DNA from: a virus
Reading direction: 5' to 3' (one strand)
DNA length: 64,000 nt
IMG/VR virus record: IMGVR_UViG_3300014293_000001
Location: 1-64,000 of that record
Each line of letters opens with the position of its first letter. The first letter of the stretch is position 1. The position numbers and the translations under genes were made by a program. The notes under the pieces were generated by a model. It saw nothing but the letters and a program-made list of their open reading frames with translations, made no database searches and was not told where the DNA came from. Of this stretch, positions 9,597 to 20,500 are shown piece after piece.

Positions 9597-11693
9597 ATGG
9601 CTGATAAAATTATTAAAATTATACAAGCTGCTACTCCTAATATTACGATTAATCATAATCGTGATGGGAAAGATGGCAAAAATGGTAAAGATTTTAAATT
9701 TGAAGATTTCACTCCTGCACAGTTGGAAAAATTAAAAGGTCCTAAAGGTGATAAGGGTGAAACTGGAGAAAGAGGTCCTGCGGGTAATGTAGGTCCTCAA
9801 GGTCCAATCGGTCCAAAAGGTAATGATGGTCCGCAAGGTCCACAAGGTATTCAAGGCTTAATAGGACCTAAAGGCTTACAGGGTGATGTAGGTCCAAAGG
9901 GGGAAATAGGCTCCCAAGGTCCTATTGGTCCTACTGGTTTAACTGGTCCTAAAGGCGATACAGGCGAACGTGGTCCTATTGGACCTAAAGGTGAGCAAGG
10001 TAACGTAGGTCCTGCTGGTCCTCAAGGATTGCAAGGTATCCAAGGTATTCGTGGTGAAGCGGGTCCTCAAGGTCCCCGTGGCGTACAAGGTGAGCGTGGT
10101 CCTATTGGTCCAATCGGTCCTACTGGTCTACAAGGACCAAGAGGTGAAAGAGGGGAACCTTTCAAAATCAGCTCTATCCAACCATCAATAGCTGTTATGA
10201 ACAGCAAAATTGGTACATTTACACAAAATAGTTTGGTTATGATACGTTCTAATGACGCTGATAACGGTAAGGTATTTGTTAAAACAGATACAGCTTTAGA
10301 ATATTTAACAACCATGACTGGCGTAAAGGGTGATAAAGGTGATATTGGTCCACAGGGTCCTATAGGTCCAACAGGTCCACAAGGTCCTAGGGGTGCAATA
10401 GGTCCGCAAGGTTTACAAGGTAATGCAGGACCACAAGGACCACAAGGTATAGCAGGACCTAAAGGAGATGCAGGTGAAAGAGGACCGCAAGGTCTAACTG
10501 GTCCAGTAGGTCCTAATGGTCAAAAAGGTGATATAGGTCCAGCAGGTCCAAAAGGTAGTGATGGTAAAAGTGCATATCAATCTTGGTTAGGTCTTGGTAA
10601 TACAGGTACAGAAGCTGATTTTATTAAAAGTCTTAAAGGTTCAGAACCAACACTTTTCAAAAGTGCAGCTAATATTGTCAAGGTATTAGAAATCCCATTA
10701 GATAGCGGCGTAAACCAATGTCAGGGCTTCACATATAATGAAGAAGTAAATGCTTTTTATATTGCTTGTGTAAATAGTGACAATACTAAACAAGTATTCT
10801 ATAAATACAATGCTGATTTCTCTACTTTAATGTCCAAACAAACATTTACAGATAAAAATAGATTGGGTCATTGCAACACATTATGTTCTTATAAAGGTAA
10901 AATCTATGTAACAAATGGTTCTGTAAATCCTAATCAAGTAGCAGTTATGAATGCTAATATGGCGATTGAAGGAACGGTAAATTTCCCTAATAAAGTCTTC
11001 AATTTAGCCTATGATAAAGCTTCAAACAAATTTGTTTCTATCTTATATACTGGTATAACAAAGCAACGTACTATTCAATATTATAATGAGAACAGAGTAT
11101 TTATCAATACTAAAACAATGCCCATTATTTCTACAAGTCAAGATACAAATGGTGCGTTATATAACGGTCAAAGTATTGTATTTTCTGTTGGTGGCTATAT
11201 TATTGAGAACATAGATGATAATGTTACTAATACAGAGGTAACATCTACACTTGAAGTTGAAGATTTTGCTATCTATAATGGAGAGGTGTATTTTACTGTA
11301 AACCGTAATGGTAAAGTTGAAGTGTATAAACATAGTTCAAACACTAAATACTTTAATAATATCAATTACACTCCTCCAAGTGTACCAGCATTAGCTAATA
11401 ATACTCCATTAACTGGTAAAGATACATCTGGTGTAGAATGGGGTTTAATTAAACTTAATAACGGTAATGGCGTAGAAGTTGGCAATAAAGATAAACCAAT
11501 GGCTTTATCAGCGTCACGCATTACATGGTGGGACGGTACAGCATCTCGTGCTATTTTAACAACTAAAGATTTTGATAATGCTTCTAAAACATTATATACA
11601 AAAAAAGAAACAGATGATACATTTATTTCTAAGGCTAAATACGAAGCAGATTTAACAGCCCTTAAAACAGCTCTTGATAAATTAAACCAATAG
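9597..11693 (+). CDS. collagen-like tail fibre protein
   Basis: 698 aa. Contains two uninterrupted G-X-Y blocks of 47 and 28 triplets, followed by a ~370-aa non-repetitive C-terminal domain. Confidence 0.85.
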   Translation: MADKIIKIIQAATPNITINHNRDGKDGKNGKDFKFEDFTPAQLEKLKGPKGDKGETGERGPAGNVGPQGPIGPKGNDGPQGPQGIQGLIGPKGLQGDVGPKGEIGSQGPIGPTGLTGPKGDTGERGPIGPKGEQGNVGPAGPQGLQGIQGIRGEAGPQGPRGVQGERGPIGPIGPTGLQGPRGERGEPFKISSIQPSIAVMNSKIGTFTQNSLVMIRSNDADNGKVFVKTDTALEYLTTMTGVKGDKGDIGPQGPIGPTGPQGPRGAIGPQGLQGNAGPQGPQGIAGPKGDAGERGPQGLTGPVGPNGQKGDIGPAGPKGSDGKSAYQSWLGLGNTGTEADFIKSLKGSEPTLFKSAANIVKVLEIPLDSGVNQCQGFTYNEEVNAFYIACVNSDNTKQVFYKYNADFSTLMSKQTFTDKNRLGHCNTLCSYKGKIYVTNGSVNPNQVAVMNANMAIEGTVNFPNKVFNLAYDKASNKFVSILYTGITKQRTIQYYNENRVFINTKTMPIISTSQDTNGALYNGQSIVFSVGGYIIENIDDNVTNTEVTSTLEVEDFAIYNGEVYFTVNRNGKVEVYKHSSNTKYFNNINYTPPSVPALANNTPLTGKDTSGVEWGLIKLNNGNGVEVGNKDKPMALSASRITWWDGTASRAILTTKDFDNASKTLYTKKETDDTFISKAKYEADLTALKTALDKLNQ
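9738..10160 (+). repeat. collagen G-X-Y block 1 (47 triplets)
   Basis: Translation runs [13 protein letters not shown]...GPRGERGEP without interruption. Confidence 0.95.
10320..10571 (+). repeat. collagen G-X-Y block 2 (28 triplets)
   Basis: Translation runs [13 protein letters not shown]...GPKGSDGKS. Confidence 0.95.
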
Positions 11694-11701
11694 GAGGTTT
11701 T

Positions 11702-12775
11702 ATGGATATTCAAAGTGTAATTGTAAGTGTTGAAGAACTCAATAAAACAAAAAAAGCGATTGCTGATGCAATTCGTGCTAAAGGTGTAAACTCAAAAGGT
11801 AGATTTTCTACTTTTGTAAATGAAATTAATTCCATTTCAGCTGGTGTTCCACAAGACTATTTAGATAACTTAGATACTGGTAATATATTTATCAAAAACA
11901 ATCAGAATACACTAGAACCTGTTGGTAATATTAGTGAAACACATGAAGATATTAAAGAGAATCAAGTAAATGTATATTCTTTATATGATATTAACAACGT
12001 GCAAATTGTAGATAGTCCATATAAAGATAGAATTGACTATAATACAAATACACGAATATTTAGTGTTATGGTTAATAATCAAGAATTTGGTCATGTGCCA
12101 TATACAGTCTTGAGTGCTAGTATTACGCCACAACCAGCTGAAAATACAGACGGTAATGTAGTTATTAAATATACAACAAAAGGTCAAGAACATACATTAA
12201 CAATGCCAATTAAAGATATTTCAATGGTACAACCTAATAATATATACGTGATGATGCAAACTCCATTAGACGAACATGTCGATGACGCAAATTTCCAACA
12301 ACATGTAAACGTCGAAGACTATATGCCACGTTTAACTCAATTAAAAGGTGTGCGTGTTAAAATAGGCGTATATCAATCTCGTCCAGAAATTTTTAATACA
12401 CTCAATAATCTAGGTGTTTACAGTTCTATTAATGCGATGTTAATCTTACCAAAAGATAATGGCGATTTTGAATACATACCAGTTAAACTTATCAAATCTC
12501 TAGCATCACAGACAATACCTTTACATGAAGGATATAACGCTGCCGTGTTAGAATTAGAAGACAACAGATTAGTATTCCATTATTCTGATACAGCTGGTAG
12601 ATTAAATCCTCAATGCATTGTTTCAACTGAAGACGGAGTTTATAGTACTGACACTACTATTTTAGACAAGATTAAACAGAATAAACAACGACCTAATTAT
12701 ATGATTGGTATTGCTATCCATCATGATGGCTCTCCTATCACTGAAGAAGAAGTGAAACAAATTGGTACATATTAA
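11702..12775 (+). CDS. hypothetical tail-module protein
   Basis: TAGGAGG SD; 357 aa. Confidence 0.7.
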   Translation: MDIQSVIVSVEELNKTKKAIADAIRAKGVNSKGRFSTFVNEINSISAGVPQDYLDNLDTGNIFIKNNQNTLEPVGNISETHEDIKENQVNVYSLYDINNVQIVDSPYKDRIDYNTNTRIFSVMVNNQEFGHVPYTVLSASITPQPAENTDGNVVIKYTTKGQEHTLTMPIKDISMVQPNNIYVMMQTPLDEHVDDANFQQHVNVEDYMPRLTQLKGVRVKIGVYQSRPEIFNTLNNLGVYSSINAMLILPKDNGDFEYIPVKLIKSLASQTIPLHEGYNAAVLELEDNRLVFHYSDTAGRLNPQCIVSTEDGVYSTDTTILDKIKQNKQRPNYMIGIAIHHDGSPITEEEVKQIGTY

Positions 12776-14274
12776 TGGCTCAAAAACGTGGTAAAACTAA
12801 AAAAATTGTTACCGTCAAATTAGATGATTTGACTGGTGGTATGAACATTGCCAAGTCTCCTGAATTTATCAAAGATAATGAAGTTGTTCGCCTAGAAAAC
12901 ATGGAGTTTGATGTAGTAGGTAGTAAGTTAAGAACACGGAGGGGTTTAAGTACCCCTCTTGCTTCTTTTAATTCTCCTGTGACGCATGTATACAATGATT
13001 ACGAAATGAATGATTTCTTCGTATTTCTTAAAAACAAAGAGGTGTACAGATATGAATTCGGCAAACAACCTATATTAATTGGTAAAATTAATGGGGATGC
13101 GGAACGCCCTTCTTGTTGTAAATGGAAAGGCTCTTTGTTAATCGCAAGTGGCTCTAAATTACAAGAATACAATTACCAAACACTTAAAGTAATTGAAGGT
13201 AGTCCTAATTGTGATATTGTCTTTACACGTTCATCTCGTGTAGTTGTCGCCAAAACAGGTTCTGATTTGTTAATTTATTCCGCTATTGGTGACGTAACCA
13301 GCTGGAATGAAAATAGTAATGATGCTTCAGCACGTAAAGATGTTAATGTTGGTTATGGTGATGGTGGGGACATTATTGCTGTAGCTGAATTAGCTTCTGA
13401 TGTATTGGTATTTAAAAGCAATGGCTATATATATGACGTTCAAAATGAACCAGAAGAATGGTCTATTACTCTACTTGCTAATAATTCCGATGTTGTAAGT
13501 AGACACGCTTGTGATAATATTAACTCTGATATTGTATTCGTTTCCACTCGTGGTTTAAAATCTGTTAAAAGTTCTCAAGTATATGCCAACTTCAATGTAA
13601 TGGATATTGGTGATAATATCAATCCAGAACTTAAAGAAAATGTTACTAAACCATTTATTTCTGACTTGCGAAGGACAAAACAAATGGTAGTTAGTGGTGC
13701 TTGCAGTAGAGAAATGTTCGTATACCACTATTGGACTGGTGGTTATACTAAATGGATTTTCCCTTATAATGTTACATCAATTTGTGAAAATCAATACCAT
13801 GTATTATTAGCTATGAATACTGATGATACTCATGGTGCTATTTACGAATTTGATTTTAAATATACAACAGATAATGGTTATTCTATTCATCAACTTATTC
13901 AATCTAAGGAAATGAGAGACACTCATAACCTTAATGCTTATAGAACGTATATTGATATTCAGTCTGAACAAAATGACGGTCGTGGATATATTTACATTAA
14001 TGATGTACAATTAACGCACAAATGGACAACAACAGAGCTACAAAGGGAATTTAAAACACAAATTCTTTCCCCAATTCTTCGGTTTAAATTTGAAACAGAT
14101 GACCCAATTATCTTTAAATATATCTCTTTTGATATAGTATTAGAAAGAGAAAGTATGGTTAGTGACTCCTCTGCAACAAGGGGGAGGCGAAAATCAGCAC
14201 GGCGTAGAAAGGGTAGAGACCAGAATGACTTCTTGAAAGGAGCTCATAAAAATGGCGATAGCCCTTACAGCTAA
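12775..14274 (+). CDS. hypothetical large tail-module protein
   Basis: TAATG overlap; 499 aa with a basic C-terminal tail (RGRRKSARRRKGR). Confidence 0.7.
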   Translation: MAQKRGKTKKIVTVKLDDLTGGMNIAKSPEFIKDNEVVRLENMEFDVVGSKLRTRRGLSTPLASFNSPVTHVYNDYEMNDFFVFLKNKEVYRYEFGKQPILIGKINGDAERPSCCKWKGSLLIASGSKLQEYNYQTLKVIEGSPNCDIVFTRSSRVVVAKTGSDLLIYSAIGDVTSWNENSNDASARKDVNVGYGDGGDIIAVAELASDVLVFKSNGYIYDVQNEPEEWSITLLANNSDVVSRHACDNINSDIVFVSTRGLKSVKSSQVYANFNVMDIGDNINPELKENVTKPFISDLRRTKQMVVSGACSREMFVYHYWTGGYTKWIFPYNVTSICENQYHVLLAMNTDDTHGAIYEFDFKYTTDNGYSIHQLIQSKEMRDTHNLNAYRTYIDIQSEQNDGRGYIYINDVQLTHKWTTTELQREFKTQILSPILRFKFETDDPIIFKYISFDIVLERESMVSDSSATRGRRKSARRRKGRDQNDFLKGAHKNGDSPYS

Positions 14275-14614
14275 TATACAAAAACATATAGATGAATATC
14301 AAAAACGTGTCGGTCGTAGTTATCTTGACGATTGGGACTACCTATTCCATCCTCTAATTTGGTTAAGAGAAGATGGTTCTTTCTTAACATTCGGTATTAT
14401 AGATGATACACTAGAGATTGATATTGGATGTGGTGTCCCTATTGTTGAGGGGTGGAAACATGTTCACTCTATGGCTAAACAATTAGGATTAAAACGGGTA
14501 GCTTCATATACTGATACACGTAATCCCAAAGCATATGCTAGATTAGCGAAGTGTGAATACGAAGAAAGAACAGACGAAAACGGTACGTATTACTATTTTA
14601 CAAAGGAGGTATAA
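14252..14614 (+). CDS. hypothetical protein
   Basis: AAAGGAG SD; 120 aa; 23-nt overlap with the upstream gene. Confidence 0.6.
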   Translation: MAIALTANIQKHIDEYQKRVGRSYLDDWDYLFHPLIWLREDGSFLTFGIIDDTLEIDIGCGVPIVEGWKHVHSMAKQLGLKRVASYTDTRNPKAYARLAKCEYEERTDENGTYYYFTKEV

Positions 14615-15670
14615 ATGGGCAAGTCAAGGACTGAATTCCATGAACGCCAATTAACACCAGAAGAACGCCAGCTAATAGCGTTGCAGGGTAGATATATAGA
14701 CTCAATTCAACCAAGTATTGATGCACTTGTAAAATATGGCACAGATAACATTAGTAATATTGTTACACCTGATTGGCAAAAATTATACAATGACCAAACA
14801 GCTGAAATGCAACAAATTAAAAATGAGTTTATTCCTCTTAGCCAAGGCATTCTACCAGACGTATTTGCTAATGCTAAACAAAACTATTTTAATCGTATGT
14901 ATGAAAATACAATGGGTAAAAACCTAGCCAACTTGGCTCAACGTGGTGTTGTTGACAGTTCTCGATTTAATACAACAACAAATGATGTACAGAAAAACTT
15001 TGCCGCTCAAATGTCGCAAGATTACGACAAGAATTTGCAAACAGCAGCTGGCTTAATGGACCAACGTATGAAATATGCGGCTACTCCTATCGAATATGCA
15101 CAAAGAGCACATCAAGCATCGTTTACTCCTGTACAAAACTCTTTATCATTAGCACAAGGTCAAAGCCAAGCTACTAACCAAGCATTAGCAACTCAAGGTC
15201 AGTTAAATAATGGTAGAACATTTGCCACACAATCTTCTAGTGGTGGCTTCTTAGGTGGTGCATTATCCTTAGCTGGTTCTATTATAGCATGTTTCCCATC
15301 TTATGTAATGGTTGAAATGGCTGATGGTAGTGAACAAGCGATTGGCTCTATTCAAGAGGGAGATAAAGTTAAGACACGTAACGGTTATGCTACTGTTTCT
15401 GAAAATAGAAACATGGGTATGCAACAAATCTTCTTACTTGTCACTCATAACCACAAACTTCGTACAACTAGTACGGAAGTATTTAACACACCTGATGGTC
15501 GTAAAGAGTTATCTGAATTGTCTGAAGGTGATAAAGTTGAAACAAAAGATGGATTTGAGCGTATTGAATTCATTCTTGATACAGAAGACAAGGAAGAAGT
15601 ATTTGAATTAGTATTAGACACTGACGATAATATGTTCTTGGCAGAAGGTATTTACGCAGAGTCGTTCTAG
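14615..15670 (+). CDS. virion protein with C-terminal Hint (intein-like autoprocessing) domain
   Basis: AAGGAGG SD; 351 aa. Residues 226-351 begin CFPSYVMVEMADGSEQAIGSIQEGDKVKT and contain the block-B-like motif THNH. Confidence 0.7.
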   Translation: MGKSRTEFHERQLTPEERQLIALQGRYIDSIQPSIDALVKYGTDNISNIVTPDWQKLYNDQTAEMQQIKNEFIPLSQGILPDVFANAKQNYFNRMYENTMGKNLANLAQRGVVDSSRFNTTTNDVQKNFAAQMSQDYDKNLQTAAGLMDQRMKYAATPIEYAQRAHQASFTPVQNSLSLAQGQSQATNQALATQGQLNNGRTFATQSSSGGFLGGALSLAGSIIACFPSYVMVEMADGSEQAIGSIQEGDKVKTRNGYATVSENRNMGMQQIFLLVTHNHKLRTTSTEVFNTPDGRKELSELSEGDKVETKDGFERIEFILDTEDKEEVFELVLDTDDNMFLAEGIYAESF

Positions 15671-15679
15671 GAGGCATAA

Positions 15680-16138
15680 ATGCAAGTAATTCAAGTTCGA
15701 GATAATGACTGGCAAACTCAATTAGGCAATTTGGCTGGTATTATCGGTGGAATGATGTTTAATAACCGTCTTGACCGTGGTGCTCTTCGTGAAGCTAATA
15801 ACCAAGCTCAAAAAGAAGAATTGGCACGTCAACAAGGTTTTACATCTGGCTTAACAAATCTTCAAGGTTTATATCAAAACCCTGAATATGAAAAAAATAA
15901 AGATTTACAAAATCAAGCTATGAATATTCAAGCGGATTTAGCTGGTCGTGGTTATCGTAATGCATTTGGTTTAAATGCTAATACAATCGGTGGTGCACTG
16001 ACAAATAATGCTGGTGCTATTGACTATATTAAAGGTTATGGTCAAGCCAACCAAGGTTTGCGGGTACATGACCAAAACTACCAAGATTTTCCTAATTATT
16101 GGCAAGCATACGGTGGTTTAACACAAAATATTAAATAG
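15680..16138 (+). CDS. hypothetical internal-virion-region protein
   Basis: TAGGAGG SD; 152 aa; Q/N/G-rich. Confidence 0.65.
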   Translation: MQVIQVRDNDWQTQLGNLAGIIGGMMFNNRLDRGALREANNQAQKEELARQQGFTSGLTNLQGLYQNPEYEKNKDLQNQAMNIQADLAGRGYRNAFGLNANTIGGALTNNAGAIDYIKGYGQANQGLRVHDQNYQDFPNYWQAYGGLTQNIK

Positions 16139-16146
16139 GAGGTACT

Positions 16147-17505
16147 ATGGCTGATTACATGGGATTATTACAGGGGTATGGTTTAACTCCTGCGGCAGCC
16201 GCTGGTATCATTGGTAATGGTATGATGGAATCCAATATGGACCCTACTATTATCGAAGGTGGCGGTCATGCAAATGAAATTCCAGTTAATGGGACACATG
16301 GTTACGGTATCTTCCAATATACAAGTGCAGATAGACAACAAGGCTTGGCAGATTTTGCCAAGTCTTTAGGCATTTCGTCTGGTAGTCCAGAAGCACAATT
16401 TCAGTATATGCTAAAAGAGCTTGGTCCAGAAGGTATTAATCAACTTAATAGTTTTGAAACTCCTGAACAAGCCGCCGTGTGGTTCCACGACAACTTTGAA
16501 CGTAGTGCTGATACTGACTTATATCCAAGAGAAAAGGCTGCTCGTGATGCATTTTCTCAAGCAGGTTCTCCTACATCTATGACGCGGTATCAGAATAACA
16601 ATCCCCAAGCTCAAAATTTTGCATTTGATGACCCAAATGAAAAACTAGACTGGGGTAAAATAAATCAATTAATGAATTACCAAGTAGCTAGTCCTGAAGT
16701 AGAAGCCGCACGTGCTACACAGGCAGGGCGTATTGCTGGCTTACGTAATTCATCTTACTTTGGTGAAATGGGAACAGCATTAAGTAGAAATAATGCAGAC
16801 CAAATGAAAGCCTTAGTAAATCAAGCGGTATCTTCCGCTAATACAGCTAATAACCAACAAAAATTAACTAATGCTGGTCAGTTAGCACAAATGATTGCAG
16901 ATAGTCATAACAGTTCTAATAGCAAGATGTTAGCAAGTTTAGGTCAAGCATTAGGTGTTCGTTTAGACCCTATGGCTGATAGATATATGAATAATAATCA
17001 AATGGCTATGTTGAATATGAAACGCCAACAAGCACTTGATGACCAAGCTAGAGCATTTGCTCAAAAGAAAGAGTTAATGAATATGCAATTCCAACAACAA
17101 AAAGAATTGCAAGAGTCTAAAATGGCACAAGCACTCGCTGTTGCTGGTATGCGTGCAGGTGGTAGAGGTGCCGCAGGTGTAAAATTACCAGACGGTTCTT
17201 ACTTAGGTTCTGATGGTCAACCTCATTTAACAATAGCACAACAAAATAATGTTGGTAAAATATTAGCGGCTGGTCAAGAAGAATTTACCGCAGCTTCTGA
17301 TGCGGACTGGGCTAAAACGTCTTATGACGGATGGAAAGGCTCAGTAGCAAATACAACACAAAGTATTATTGATAAATTAGCCCCATATGCTAATACAGTA
17401 GAAGGACAAGATGCAATATCTAAAGTATTAGGTTGGCAACAATATGACCAAGATGCAAAAACAAAAGCATGGGGTACAGAAAAACAATCCGCTTATACAG
17501 GATAA
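16147..17505 (+). CDS. virion-associated peptidoglycan hydrolase (phage tail-lysozyme-type N-domain)
   Basis: TAGGAGG SD. The N-terminal AAAGIIGNGMMESNMDP...GYGIFQYTS pattern matches the phage tail-lysozyme family; the rest is Q/N/A-rich. Confidence 0.6.
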   Translation: MADYMGLLQGYGLTPAAAAGIIGNGMMESNMDPTIIEGGGHANEIPVNGTHGYGIFQYTSADRQQGLADFAKSLGISSGSPEAQFQYMLKELGPEGINQLNSFETPEQAAVWFHDNFERSADTDLYPREKAARDAFSQAGSPTSMTRYQNNNPQAQNFAFDDPNEKLDWGKINQLMNYQVASPEVEAARATQAGRIAGLRNSSYFGEMGTALSRNNADQMKALVNQAVSSANTANNQQKLTNAGQLAQMIADSHNSSNSKMLASLGQALGVRLDPMADRYMNNNQMAMLNMKRQQALDDQARAFAQKKELMNMQFQQQKELQESKMAQALAVAGMRAGGRGAAGVKLPDGSYLGSDGQPHLTIAQQNNVGKILAAGQEEFTAASDADWAKTSYDGWKGSVANTTQSIIDKLAPYANTVEGQDAISKVLGWQQYDQDAKTKAWGTEKQSAYTG

Positions 17506-17518
17506 AGGAGTTTAATAC

Positions 17519-20500
17519 ATGGCAAGATGGACAGACGGATTAGCTAATAGAAATGCTCAAGCCGCATATGAAAATAACTTAGCCCAATATGGTTCTGACT
17601 ATATGGGTAAAGCCAGTTATGATGGTATTCTTGACGAGACGTTAGGCAACTTTAGTGCTGGTATTGATAGACTAGGTTCTGATATGTTAGGGTCCGTTGC
17701 ATACGGACTTTCTAACATTGATGGAGATACAGCACAATGGCTTAGAGGTAAGGCTGAAAACGAAGCAAACTTTTATGCTAATCTAGCTGGCTATCGTAGC
17801 ACAATGGGCGATACTGCTGATTTACCTTGGAATGAGCAAGTAATCAATCCTCATTACTGGGCTGCTCAAATTGGTAATTTTGCAGGTAATACGGTACCAC
17901 AAATCGGTATGGCTGTTCGTACAGCAGGTTTTGCAAGTGGTGCGATGAATGTTGGTAAAATTGGTGGTTTACTAGGTAGAGCTGGTTTAAGTGAAGGTTT
18001 AGCTGGTAGCGTTGCAAATGGTTTAGGTAAAGTAGCTAAATATGGTACAGAAATCGCAACAGGTGCTGGTTTAGAAAACCTACAAAATGCTGGTTCTATT
18101 TATAACGATTACCGTAATGCTGGTTATAATACCGATGTAGCAGGTAGTGCATTTGAACAATCTTTAAACCAAGGTTGGGCACCTGCCGCATTAGATTATA
18201 TTGCAGACCGTGCTGGTGTTTCTGGTAAAGCTGGTATGCTTGCTAGTGCGTTCGCTAAAGATGGCGGTAAACTTATTGCTAAAAGTATGCTTGGTAATGC
18301 TGTCAATAGTTCACTAGAAGGTTATACAGAAGCATGGCAACAAGCGATTGAAGGTCGTATCAAAGGGCAAGAAGGTTATGACCAAGTATCTATGTTAGAC
18401 CCATCTACATGGACTGATGATATGTGGTCTGCCGCTAAAGACGCATTTAACGTATCTATGGCTGTTGGCGGTATGGGTAGTGCTGCTAGACATATTGGTA
18501 ATAAGGCATTAAATAAAGCAGATGAAATGGCTGATTTAACAGCAGATAATGATATTATCAATGATGGTACTCAACCACCTATCGCAGTAAATGATACTCC
18601 AATGGCTGATACGGGTATTGATATTGCATCTGATGTTACTGAAACTCCTGATATTATCAACGAAACTCCACTTGGTAATGTAGAAATTGATGATATTTCT
18701 AACGCCTCCTATTCTCCTATGATGGAAGAAAGTGGTTTTGCGACTGCTGTCAATAAAGCACTTAATAATCGTCCACCTGAAGATTATGCAGAAATGATGA
18801 ATAGACTTCAAGACGAACGTGCAAATATTATGGAGTTGCATGGTGATAAACCTGCTGACCAACTTTCTCCACGTATGTTTGAAGAAAACTTCGTAAACGC
18901 TGGATTAGAACCAAAATCTGCACGATTAGTATCTCGTAATCTTTACAATGATATGGTGGGTGCAAATAATACTGAGACGATTGAAGATGCAAGTGAAGTA
19001 CCACAAGAAGAAAGTTTAGCAGATAAAGCTGATAGACTTGGTGTAACATTGACAGATGCTGAACGTGCTAATTTAGAACGTGAAAACCCAGATAAAACAT
19101 CTGTTCGTGAAGTCGAACGCCGTGTTGCAGATACTGAAAAGAATAACGCATATAACGACCAAATTCGTGCTATAGCAGAACATCGTAAAGCGTATAATGA
19201 AGACAGATATGCTAATTCTCCTAATAAAACATTCTTTGAAAACGAATATAAAGATAACCCATATAAAGCACAAGACGCAGCTTACCGTGTACATAATGCA
19301 ATGGAAGCACGTAAAAAAGATGCTAAAAGTTCTGATATTAAAAAACAAGAGCAATCTAAAAATGTTCGTAACTACTTAGCTAAAGCTGGTATTAAACCTT
19401 CTAATGGTTATTCTACAGAAGAACTTAAAAATATCGCAGAATACGCTAAACATATGGATAACCAAGAGCGTACTCCTCAAAACGTGCAAAGCTATATTCA
19501 AAACCGTGATATGGCTAAACAGGTTGAGAATGTAATTAGTACTTTACCTCCTAAAGACAGTCCTGACTATTTACCAGCTAAACGACATTTAGCACAACAA
19601 TTAAGTAAACACTTAGTAACAATGGGTGTTAATGGTTTTGATGTAACTGGTCCACAATTTGAGAATGTACGTAAAATCTTATCTACGCAAGAACGACGTA
19701 TGTTGCAAGATAATATTGATGAAGCTAAACGTGCTAAAGAAGAAACACGTAGAGCAAATTCACAATTAGCTGAACGTAAACCACAAGATACACAAAAGTT
19801 TGTTAATAATAAACAAGTAGCTGTATCTGAAGGTAACTTCGCCGCCGCTGATAAAGAAATGGCTGATTATCTTAACAGCGATAGAGTAACCAATGAAGGC
19901 TTACTAGAAATTCAGCGAAGATTATCTCACACTAGTAGAGAACATAAACCTAAATTTAAACAAACACTTGATGCTTTGCAATACCGTGCACAAAAAGGAG
20001 ATATTCTTGGTGGCAAGGTTGGTAATTATAATGTAATGGTTCGTAAACCTAATTCCGAATGGAAAGCACGTGAGGTAAAGGATTACACCCGAACTATTGA
20101 CCATGATAATCCTACAGGTGAAAATAGAGAACCTATTGTTACTCCATACGAAGAACGTAAAGCGTTAAATCCTGCACAACCTAAAGAAAAGAAAAAGAAA
20201 ACTCAGTCCAAATCTCGTACAGTAGACGTAACTACAGAAGAACAAAAAGCTAAAATGCGTGATATAGACCAATTAGCGAAATTAAAATCTACATTACAAC
20301 AGTTTGGTCAAATGAATGAAGAAACAGCTAAACAGGCTATTGATTCTGTTCCTATGGAAACGAAGTATGGTAAAGAACAAAAACAAAAATATAAAGAATA
20401 TGTTCTTCGTCAAGCTAACGAAGATACTGGTGACATTGATTTAAGTGATGATATTCAACAACCAGAAGACGTTATATCTAAACATAAAGATACACTAGAA

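Noticed and set aside
628-10315. Numerous antisense or alternate-frame track ORFs inside late genes, e.g. 628..840, 1453..1809, 1464..1787, 2828..3211, 3154..3423, 6556..6915, 6800..7024, 8461..8934, 9454..9735 and 10067..10315
   Set aside because: They overlap longer, SD-supported, motif-bearing genes. Several are mirror images of coding repeats (the decapeptide and collagen repeats), which naturally stay open on the opposite strand.
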